Part shown: positions 11,201 through 23,200 of the stretch, piece by piece
Position numbering within the stretch: position 1 is the stretch's first letter
Layout: every line of letters begins with the position of its first letter
NCBI GenBank assembly: GCA_002633005.1
Contig: NMRA01000613.1
Span: forward strand, 62,001 to 126,000
DNA length: 64,000 bases
Direction of reading: 5' to 3'
Origin: Phoronis australis
Lineage: Eukaryota > Animalia > Phoronida
Made by a program: the position numbers and the translations under genes
Notes under the pieces: model-generated
What the model saw: only the letters and a program-made list of their open reading frames with translations
What the model was told of the DNA's origin: nothing
The model's database searches: none

Positions 11201-14200
11201 ACTCCCGTTTGACCACAGAATAACAACAGAAAACAGAAAGTGGTAACTGGTCTAATTTCATGATTTTATGAACCTCACAAAATTAAGAAAGTCAACACTT
11301 GCCACTGGGTGAAATGGGGAAATAGCCAAGTTACATAACATTCAATACAACTTGAAAAGAAGGACAGAAATTGGCTAAACCCAAGTAACGGTCTGCTTTA
11401 ACGACAACTTGTTTCCTTCAAGAATGATGCCTGCCAGATTTTTAAATACATTAATGAGCAAAACGCTAAACCACAGCACTCTACCCATGCATTGGTGAGA
11501 CCAAAGCTCGCATTGGCCATTCGCTAAATGATCGTAAACCTTTTTTAATTGAAGGGGTGGCCAGAGATCATTAACTTAAAGTGAAAAGAGCATTAGCGAA
11601 AACTGCCCCAGACAAGTTACTATTGAAAACATAACTGTTGTAATGACCCCACATCGTGAACCTAATGGCAATTAATGCCAAGCTAATCTGCAGTACTCAC
11701 TTGACTGGTTCATTCTCGTAATCTTTAGCTGCAAAAAGAGGAAGAACCATCTTGAAAACAGGATGCCACATTAAAACATACCAGACCACTTGTCACTAAC
11801 ACTTGTTAATAGTAACAGGTTTAAGATAGGTTCCCTAAAGCAACTGGAGGCATTTCCGAGTTCTTTTTCAATGGTGCACCGAGAAAAAGCAATAGACTGG
11901 GTTCATTTCGAATTGGCTCAAACCAAACACTATTAGGGAACGATACTCTCTATACGACAACATTTTCAGATTTCAAACACGTTTACCCGTTAAAGATGAA
12001 AATGGCTGACACACCATTAAGCAAATTTCAGTTCGGGAAATTGAATGAATGCATTCACAATCAGTTATTTGCACTTGCCACTTTAAAAATGAACAAAATA
12101 TTAAAGCCCAGATTTCGGGGAAACTGAACTCTTCTTCTGGCTAAGAATTCCTTACATAACTTCGAGGTTGTGAATGTCATATTAGATGTGTTCACACAAA
12201 CTAGGGAATTTATAACAATACCCACTTATAAAGATAACTCACTGCAAGACATTTGGCACAACTCTGTTGTCCAGACGACACTGATCCAATTGCCAAATAT
12301 TCAGGGAGTTACAACAAAGCAGTGAATTACACAAATGTTAATATGCCTCACCCTTCTTGGAACGCCTTCGTCTGATGCAGCACACCAACAACACGATGAG
12401 GAGTATCAGAAGTACTCCTGCACACACTCCCACAGCGATGTAGATAACCTTGGGGTCCGTTACGTCCACTGAAAAAGAGGCCGACAAAGTCAGTGAGCAT
12501 GACGGGTGAAACTTTTTCTAAAATGAACAACAGAGCAATAAATAATTGAATAATGTAAATCCAATGCCAGTAAAAATGTTCCTGTCAAGTTTCCACTGTT
12601 TTCCAGGATACAGGGTTATTTATGAAAATGCAAGGGGATGAATATGGTAATTATACTCAATACTGCCACTGACTGCAGATGTATGTTGCCCTGAAAGCAG
12701 GACACCAAATACTGTCCAGCAAAGAAACCAGACATCATATAAATGCTATCCAACATATTCACATAACCAAAAACATCCGTTTAGCAGTCTTAACTCACAC
12801 ATATCTCAAACCTGCTCCAACTGATATACTGTAAAACCTGACACAAATCTCTCTCATCAACAGGACACAGCAAACCAGAGCATGACCAAGCAGTCAACAG
12901 TCTGAGGGTAAGTTCAAGAAAACTTGTCTGTGACTATTTGGGTCAAAGTACTACTGAAGGGGTGGACTGGCTACAGGTGGCAAGAGTGGGCTGTCCAATC
13001 TAGTGGGGGCATCTGTCCGACATCTCTATGCGACTGCAGTGACACTGGTGATAACACTGGGCAGGAATTGAACATGTCATGATAAACATTTTGATAACCT
13101 GCTTTCTGTGATAAAGGAAACATTGAGAACATGCGATTCAGGGGCTTACTTAATTCTCACATGGAGAACAAAGTCAAGCATTTTTCCTTGAACAATTTCC
13201 ACGACATAGAATGTTCATGTCACTGGGTAGCCATCAATGTCCAATGCTCGGCACACTCTAAAACCAGGCGTTCACCAGTTTTAGTGCTGAAGGGCCAGCA
13301 ACCCAACACCCCTTCAGAAGAAACTGGCTTCTTCCAAATCTCTAAACATCAGGCACAATCCAGTTTTAATGGGCCAAGTTAAGATAAGTAGCTTTGTATT
13401 ACTCCCTGAGACCACTTGATTGAAAACCATAAACAGGTTTAGTGCAACTTAATTGCATGCAACAATGGGTTTAGTAAGAGTGCTGTGTGATTGGCCTGTC
13501 AATCAAAAGACACACACTGTTTGGCCACACCTCTACAATAGAACTCAATTTTGTGACTGGAACTGCTTCAGCTCACAATCCCATTCATTGTCACTAATTA
13601 TGTAACATGTCTAAAATAAAAAATAAAAGAAACTGGCTCAAAATAAAGGGCATTTGAAGAGATTCCTTGTACATAATCTGCTCAGAAATGTACACAAAAA
13701 TAAATTCAGTAGTTGTTCAAAGCAATTTTTCAAGCTCAGTCGATGTCTTTGATCACATCAGAAACCAGCTAGCATTGGTTACTGATTTTGAGCGAAAGAG
13801 CTCATTTGTTCATTTATCTTCACTGCTCCTATTCAGGTGTATGCCACTCCACTGGAAGTTGAGAGATGTTAAGGTTATGTAAGAATTTATTGATAAGTCC
13901 GTACAATCATACATTTCAACTCTCTAAATATATATATATTTCCTGTAGAATTTGATTGTTGACTTTTTACCAACCCGTCATCAATTGAGAAACACGACCA
14001 TATCTTTCAGTAAAATTTGGGAAAAAGAAATGTACATTGATAGCCAAACAACAGTATCAATAGCATGATCAAATATTACTTGACATAACAAATGATATCT
14101 CAAAAACAATGTTACAATTTTATGCAGTGTATTTATGATAGGCCTTCATGCAAAGTGGAAAATTTTAAAAACAATCTCAAATAGCTTTTTTAAAGAACAG

Positions 14201-17200
14201 TGGATAACGCATAATAACCGAAAATTGAAAATGAATCCTATCAGCCTAAGATATGATGTTCCTTATTATGAAGTTAATCAAATTCAGAAGTTTTTCTAGG
14301 GTACCACATAACCTCCAGGCTATAGGCTGTAAACTCTTGCAAAGCCAACAAGTGTGATTCCAGCCGGCTGCATCCAAAAGGTGGCGCCAGTTGCCAATGG
14401 ATCAACACTGTGCAAAAGATGTGTACACACGCATACGCAAAGGGAGTGAGTGTGCAGCATAGCTGAGACCATTGTGAACATGATGAAAAGCAGTTATGTA
14501 CAGTAAAAATTCTCTAGTTTGGGACAGTGAAAAACTAATTATGTTGCTTAGGGTCAGAGCTTGTATCAAATTTTGGAAATGGGCCGTACTGACCATCCCA
14601 AAAATTCAAGAATGGCAATCACTCAACTCAATGTTACACACTATGGGTAAATACGAAAATGTTGATCGGTAGCTAAACTTTCAATGACTTTAAGAACTGC
14701 CCAGTCTTCTAATACAGAGTGTAGTGAGGAATATTTAAAAAATACAACAAATACCAAAAATGCTCGTGTCTCAATTTCCAGAATTAAAGAAAAATCAATT
14801 TCGACTTGCAGTGTCCTAAATTTTAGCGACTGTCTCAAAACTAGAGAATTTCTAATGTATACATCACTAAAAAGTTGAACCTCTGCTACATAAGGACTAA
14901 AGTAACTAGAGAAGTGTTTGAATCACTCAGTGACGAGAAGTTTTAGGATGGTCAGTTTGGGTTGCCTTACAGACAACTGCACTAACAGGAGATCTATAGA
15001 GTGTTTGCTGAGCATCTTAAACATTTCATCAATACACACACAGAAGACATTTTAACTTGTGCTTAAAGTAATTTTCAATGAATTTAGACTAGTTTACGTA
15101 AGAGCTACTCAAAACTATTTCTTCGTTTTAAAGTGCACAGCGGGATTAGCTTGCTTCACGTTTCAGTTACCTTCCATACACGGCTGATGCGAACAGATAG
15201 CTTTCGAATCTAATAACAAAATTCCAGGGGTAAATATTATCAAAAGGGATTTTATTATGTACGTCATTCACTTCAATTCAAATACGAAAGTGTTCGGAAA
15301 TAGTAGTAGCAGTAGTAGTAGTGGCAGAACTGGTAGTAGAAGTACTAGCAGTAAATGTATGTCTGACATCTATTGGGAAAAAATTGAATTACCTTAGGTC
15401 ATGGCACACACAATTAGGGACTTCAATGACAGACAGACTGGTCATGTAATGCAGAACTCCCAGTAAATTTACACATAAACAGCTAAACAATCCAAACTAC
15501 AAGCAAGGCAGGAGACCATAGAAACACGAATAAAAGTGAGAAAATGCTATCATAAGCAAAAACAAAAAATTTACATTTTAGAAACAGATTTCGAAACATT
15601 TTACCTTTCGATACTGTTACGGCAGAACTGCACACATCTTTCCTGTCCAACAAGCAGACGGATATGCGATAGGACGACTGGGAGTTCTTGGCGACAGCCA
15701 CACTGCTTTTACCATTGCTTACTGGAGCACAAGGGACCTCGACCAGCCATGCCTGGTTCGGGCGCATCACCTCAACTTTGAGGCATTGGCTGCTGTCTGT
15801 GGTGGCTGTGAATGTGATGGTGCCATTTTCGGGGTGATAGAGGGCTTTCACAGGGGCAGGGATGTTAAGGTCTGAAAACAAAGGTGAATCATGACGATAA
15901 CAAACAACATCTGCAGTCCAACTATGTTACAAAGACCTTTTGAAAACATTTGTTGCACCTGAAATTAATGCTATGACCAAATCGAGTTGTATACAGTTCA
16001 TATGACTTGGGAATTGGAAATGGAGCTTTAGAATTGAACCATTAAATGAGGGTCGCAATATATCTTGTAGCTATAGGTCCCAATAAATGCGCCAAGTTGA
16101 TTTTGGACAAAAAAGAGTGATTAATCTCCCAATTGACAACAGTCAGTGGTACTTGACTATTTCAACACACTGGACACTGTTTGTAAACTTGCTGTGTGCA
16201 CTTATTAATGAGTGTGTTCTAACAGTCAAATTCAGTACATTGATCATCAATGCAGGATCCAACAGCAATCACGTGAAAAAAATCCTACATTGGCACCCTC
16301 ACCGCTTGCGATTGGGCAACTGGACCAGTTTGTGTATCTCAAAATTTTACGATATTGATCAAAGACACCATGCTGTTGTAGATAACTATATCGCCTCTGG
16401 CTGCTGATGTTATCATGCTCCAGATAATCAGATCCATCATAAACACACTGGTGACGGCAACAGTATTTTCAAATTTTCATTTTGAAACTAAATTGTATAT
16501 TTGAGTAGTTTGTGCTTTTCTAATGCAACGTCATTGCTTTCTCGTCCTTTGTTTGAATTGACATTGAATTCTATCATTTACCTGGCATTCCCTGCAGCCA
16601 ATACCACCTAAGCGACTGAAACTAACCTGCCCTGACAAGCAACTTAATGAGCCAGGTCTGAAGCAATTAAAGACCTCAAGTCTGGAAATCAATCCTAATC
16701 TGAGTAAGGAACAAGATGGTTTAAGTCAAGCAAGATGTCTTAAGCGTATGTTGGACTTATCACAAGTTTGCCCCTTTGACGACAAATCGTACAAACCACG
16801 ACTTAACTTACCATTTGTCTTTCTCCACACGACATTGGAGTACGGCCCTCCACCCAGCAAATTGGTGGCGTACACTTTAAATGTATAGTTCCTGGCTGGG
16901 TAGAGATCTGGTGGAAAAACATACAAAGCTGTCACGATTATACAGAAGATCTTTCAGGTGTATAGTGTATCGATTTTTTGCAGTCAAAGACAATAAAGAT
17001 CATGTAGAAAATGCACATAACATGGAAATTTAGCTGAAAACTGATTAAATAAGCATTCGTCTGCAAATTATGTCAAAGACGAATAAAAAGAAATTCAATG
17101 AAAATAATTATTTGGCAGCAAATTGCAACACAACTTGTCACAAATGCTACTAAAAAACCTTTTTGTTTTTCGCCAAAGTCTTGCAGCCATATGATTCAGT

Positions 17201-20200
17201 CATTTTGAGTACAAATACTTCAGCAGTGTTGAAAATCTGACGATTTATTTCTAAAAGAATAAAAACTTGTGATCGTTGTTTAAACCAATGCTCAACGCTA
17301 TTTTGACTGTGAAGCAAACTTAGGGGCATCTGGGAGTATACGTTGGACCACTATTATCACTGGCTCTGTTTTCGTCCACAAAAGAGCAGGAATTGAAATA
17401 AAACATCTTCATTCTTCAGGCACCTCTTATCCTAATGTTTTCTGATTGAAGTACAATAAAGAGTAATTGAGTGGAAAGACTTGCGGGTTATCTCACCGTC
17501 CAGCATTGCAAGCCTGCCAACTTCAGACGATCCATCACGACATAGACAACAAACCATCAGATCTTCGAATGATTAGCAGGTGTGGTTAGTCGTTCCCACT
17601 GTATTGTTTTTGCATGCTCATCATTACTATTTGTTCATGACAATGAACAAACGTTTGAAGACCCGGAATAAACACATTGACGTTGGCTCCCTGCATTTTA
17701 CTGTATGGTTTTTGTCCACAGTTGGACAGTTGCTGAGTGGATTTAACCCTCATCACAATACTTTATTCCTTCTACTTTGACGCACCAAACTCAAGGTTGT
17801 ACACGGTGCATCTCATCAGATTTCCAACATGAAATGTGTGAATGAATAACGGTTTCCAAGTCTAGTAACCATTTCAGTTTCAACATAAAGAGCAAGATTT
17901 TAAATTGTATCTTGCGACGTGTTATACACAGCCTTAGCTACCAAAAATGGACAAACAAGTCAGAGACTGATAAGTGAGCGACCTCGTGAACAAAGGAGTT
18001 GAGTAAGCAACAGATATTGAATGCTCTGTTGGTGATGTCAAACCCACAGTTTCTGGATTTGCACAATGATGGTATACTATAGCGTGCCTTATATTAGGTT
18101 GTCTAGCATCAAGGTAGGATACTTTGACTGATATTTCTCGATTTCACAACATTGACAGTTGTGACCCGGTTACAAGTAATGTAATATAGTTTCGTTGACA
18201 AATTTCTGACCAGATTGAAATTTTGTCACATGGGCCCAGAGATCAGCCTTAAGGAATATACTCTCAACACAAGTACATCCACTCACTTGTGACTGTGTAT
18301 TCTGTCACATTGTCTGGTTCTGCCTCTAGGGGATCATTGGAATTATAACTGTAGATTATAGTGAACGTCTGCTCATAGCCGCCATCAAACCCGGGTGTCC
18401 AGGTCAAGGTTACTTGGTCCCACTGGCTGCTGGTCACTTTGAGGGCAGTGGGAGCTTCAGGTGTGTCTGGGAGAAAACAAAAAAATTAACAGAGTTAAAA
18501 AAAAACATTCTGCAAGAGACACATGTATTGCAGTTTTCATCAATATTTGAAGAGTTTGAAGCAACAAAACACGCCTTTTCTATTGCAGTATTGTGTGAGG
18601 GCTCTATCAATCAAATTAGTTCTCCCTATGATTTAGAAAAAAAATGACTAAAAACAACTTGTAACCGACTATAAACATTGCATAATATTCGAGTAAGAAC
18701 ATGCAGAAAGAGCAACATTCAAAGAAAGTTTGGTGCCAAAGTTGCATGCTTCCACAGTTCCACATGCAGCCTATTCCCCGAGATGTTTATGATGAGCTGA
18801 GACACTCTCAGAACAACCTTGGTGTGAGAGGGCCCTAAAAAACCATGAGTTCAACCATTTTCAAATTAATTCATTGCAAAGGAAGTCTTACTTGACAAAC
18901 TGTTAGCATCGACTTCCTCTAATATTAATTGAATATACCCTCAACTTGCAAATCAACTAGCTTAGATACAGACCTACACACTTGTCTATTTTTCCACTAA
19001 ATATCTACTCTCAGTTAAAACTATTGTCAAAATCCAACATCAAAGAACAATCAATGACAACGGCATCAATTCCATATGACACTCACTTTTGACAGTGAGT
19101 GACAACGTCTCTCTCGAGGTTCCCTCTTGATTGGTCGACTCGCAGACGTAGTCACCTAGGTTGACCATGCTAACATTTGCGATAGTGAGAAAACTGCGAT
19201 AGGGGAACTGATGTCCCTGCTGCGTCGATGAGGTCACTGTGAAAGACCTGCCACTAACGGGACTGCCTTGTCTCTTCCAGGCGAACGTGGGCGCGGGGTA
19301 CGCATGGGCCATGCATGGGATGGTGGCCGTGGAGTTGATGTCAACAGCAAACTTCTCCTGGCTAGACTGGATTTGGGGCTGATCTGTGGCGAGGCAATAA
19401 AAGGCTTCCATCAGATATGTGTACAGATGTGAGTACGGCAAACAGTGAATTAGGGATTCATTGCTGCCATGCAGAGAAATACATTGCACAAAGCTAATTA
19501 TGTATTTAACCACACAATGTTATCTTGAGTAATCTATGAGATAACATGTGTGGACCAGTGATGTAGTTATCTCATAGCAATAACAATAATGGGCCAAAAA
19601 CAACTGAGCAAACTGACCAGGAGTTCATCATGACAATTGGGCACGGACAGAATTTAAGGTCAGAGAAGTGGTATGTCTTAACTGATAATGAAAGGGAATT
19701 TACCAGAAACTTTCCAGGTGTTAACGGTAAATGCAAATGGGATTGTGTCCTAGTGACAATGCATTGTGTGTCATGTTAGCAGAATAATGCATTGTGTGTC
19801 ATGTTAGCAGAATAATTCATTATGGGCAAGTGGTATTTGAACAGGATTACTTTTGGCACCTACAGTGCCTTTTCACTTTGGAAAAGCGACAGCTAAGCAT
19901 CTCTGTGTCAATAAGTTACATATTTTGACGCACCACCACCAACCCAAACTTCATTGCACATGACTACATACACTTTGTGATGACGCTCTGTTTTCATGAT
20001 GGTGTTTACACCCCAGTGTATATGAACACCCAAGTGTATACGTACTTAGGTAAGGTGTTTATTTTTGCCATATAAACACAGTAGGTGTAAAGCTACACCT
20101 GGGTATACGTACACCATCCCCAATGGTCTTGTAACTGTTATTAAATTTACACACAGGCAAATATACACCTGGTGTACGTGAATGCGATTCAAATTTACGC

Positions 20201-23200
20201 ACAATTGTAAAAACAAGATCACTCCACTGACCAAAAGTGCCACTACGATATAATTTCTGCAATCTCATCTTTTCTTAAGGCAACACCCATTCCTTTTAAA
20301 TACCCAACAAAATCTCTGTTGTCATGTGTGCTTTGGTACGGCCTTTTATTGAAATGCTGCTGCTTTTGCTCACGCTCCAGATGATGCTCCAGTTACCGCT
20401 ACTCCTGTAGCTGCTGCTGCTATGGTTGCTGCTTCTGTTGTTGCTGCTGCTGTTGCTGTCCCATTATTGCTGCTGTTTTGGCTGCTGCTGCTGCTGCTTT
20501 CGCTGCTCATATTGCTGCTGCTGCTATGGCTGCTGCTGCTGCTATAGCTGCTGCTGCTATGGTTGTGGCTGGGTGAAATTTTCACGACTTAATATGTCAC
20601 GATTTTACTGGATATACACCATCTGCGATTGGGAAGTCTCAAATTTATTCTTCTAAGTGATGGCTTTGTGGAAATTTTGTGCAGCATAACCTTGCTAGCG
20701 AGTCATTGACCACTGAGCTAATTTCACACAAGCACTCATAACAGGATAATAATAAACACTTGTTTTTGTAACTCCGCAAGGTTACGAACAGTGTTGTTAC
20801 CAAATCCTGTACCCATTCATTATGCCTTAGCTCAGGTGGATTGTCTTATTCATTTGAGCACATTCGAGGAATACTTTAATTGCCAAAATGAGTATGTCGA
20901 AAGACGGGCATCTGCCATTTGACAATTAAGCCTCAAATCATTCTTTGTCTTGGAAAATCTCTGTTTAAATGTGTTTTGCCACAAGTTCGTTGATCACTCT
21001 TAATATAGTTACACTAACCTTGTCGTTTGTGAAAAAGTTTCAAAAGCAATCTCACGGTTATCGAAACCCAAGCCTCAGGGCAATTCAGATTCAAGGTAAT
21101 TGTTGTAGAAGTCAGAATATTTTCCTTACCTGCAAACATTGTTTGCGTGAGCTTGCCTGAGAAATGTATAGAGTACTGAGTGCAAATATTGCTTTTCATT
21201 TCCCCATACGAACGGGAAGTAAGTTTACATTTACACTCAGGCATAGATTTGCAAATGGTGTATATTTACTTTTTTGCTTGTGAAAGTGCTGTATATAAAT
21301 GGGGCTACATATTGTGATTTGTCAACTTACATTTAATCTTCAGGTCCATCGTAAAACTCCGGATGGGTGCAACGTTCAGGTTACTGGCCTGACACTGGTA
21401 GGCACCTGCGTCTGAGATCTGCAGGTGGTCGTCTCTCACTCTCTGTCGGCCTGCACCTGGAGAGGTATCACAACACAGTCATTAAGACTGTTTGCCCTTA
21501 TGTAGGCCCACACCGCTCAAGGTAAAAAACTTGGTTGGCTGTCATGAAATTGACATTTTTTAGTTTTCTTCAGTGCATTTGGCTTTATCTTTGATTAAAA
21601 TGGAAATTGAACAAATATTTTTTTATTTTTCACCTTGAGCCTGTTGCTGAAGCACCCCTATTCTCAACTGTAGGTTGTCAAGTAAGTGTTTCCTACCTAA
21701 CTGATTGTCAAGTAATTGTAGTATCATGACCCATGCTAGTCCTTTACAATGTTACATGTTTTGGTCATTTCCCTATAAAGTTTACGGTTATTGTTCTGCA
21801 CAGGAAAGTCTTTATGATGTCCAATTTCCAGCAGGACCAACATGTGAAATGGGCGAGGCTCTTTTCTAAGTTAGTCTCGGCTATCCTTACATTCACCGAC
21901 ATTTCATGCGTCCATCTTTCAACCCCCTGACTCTGTTACCCACTCTAAAAATCGTGATGGTTCCCCGGAAAAATTCTTAATGCTTTGTTACATCACAGTG
22001 ACGGGAGATTCTTGCATCTACTTTACTGTCCAGTAAAATGAAACAAAGTAAATTCGGCACTGAAACGCTGTTCAGTCTTCCAATAGTAGAACTCTTGGTA
22101 CCCGACCACACAACAGTCGACCATGATTAGCAGACGACGTACTTGCCGTAATTAAAACGTGCTAGTATGTCTGTCAAGAGTCAGCTTATGCGCAAGATCA
22201 CAGATTCTGTCCTATGAAAAATACAGAGATGGCGGTCATGTACTATAGTCTATGATTAGGCTTACTCCTAAGAATGTGACCCTTTCATTCATAGTTTTAC
22301 TGGATGAAACGTGATACGGCTTTGAAATATCAGCTGTTGAGTCTCTAACTTTCATTGCTTAAAATACATAGATACTTACTACCACAAAAATCTACCTTGC
22401 TTTGGTACCAGTGTCGAGGAATTTACATGCCATGCAACCATGTTGATGTATGACAAACTATATGAAAACGAACCTTAGGCAACCTGTCAGCTTTGAACTT
22501 ATGCAACACGATTCAGTTTTTAAGGGAGTATCTTACCCTATTCCTATCTTCACAAGTTAGTGACACTATCATCCCACCATTCACAGAAATTTCAACTTTT
22601 CTTTTTTACCTTTAAATAACAGTTCACTAGTAGTTTTCTTGGTGTTTGTGAGATAGTCGGACGAAGTGTCTGTAATCGTGAACATCGGCCCGGTGCCAGA
22701 GAGTTGTTTTCCATCCTTCCACCAGGTGATGCTGGGTGCTGGCTTGCCTCGTGCCTCGCAGGTCAACTTATAATCCTGTGTTGTGATGCTGACCGCTGCT
22801 GTAGCTGCCAGGTTTGTGATGAAAGTTGGCCGCTCTGAAACCACACCCAACCTAACTTAAATCTCTTTCAAGAACCAAAGACAACATGCAATACACCAAG
22901 TAAAAACCCTTCTCAAGAATTGACCATGGCCTGTGACCATCAAACTTTACTCAAACTCTTCAATTACTCTGAGCCTTTTACTGGAGAACTATTCTTGAGT
23001 TGCTATAGAAGAAACATAATAAGCACATTTGGAAACTTAAATGCCCTGATCAAAGTAGTCAATGAATTCTTCAGTGAAGGAAATGAGAAAACGACAATTT
23101 TTGTATTTTTCAAATGAAAAAGTGTAGGCATCACAACTATTGACAGCATCGTGGCAAAAAAATTCCAACTCAAACACATTTTTTCAGTTTGTCAAAATGA

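Noticed and set aside
12790-13060. GC-richer patch upstream of the TM exon as an alternative or secreted-form exon
   Set aside because: Stops in all frames within ~30 codons and weak acceptors; no support.
20370-20656. Poly-Ser/Ala and poly-Leu/Cys ORFs
   Set aside because: Translations of an intronic (CTG)n microsatellite between phase-compatible exons.
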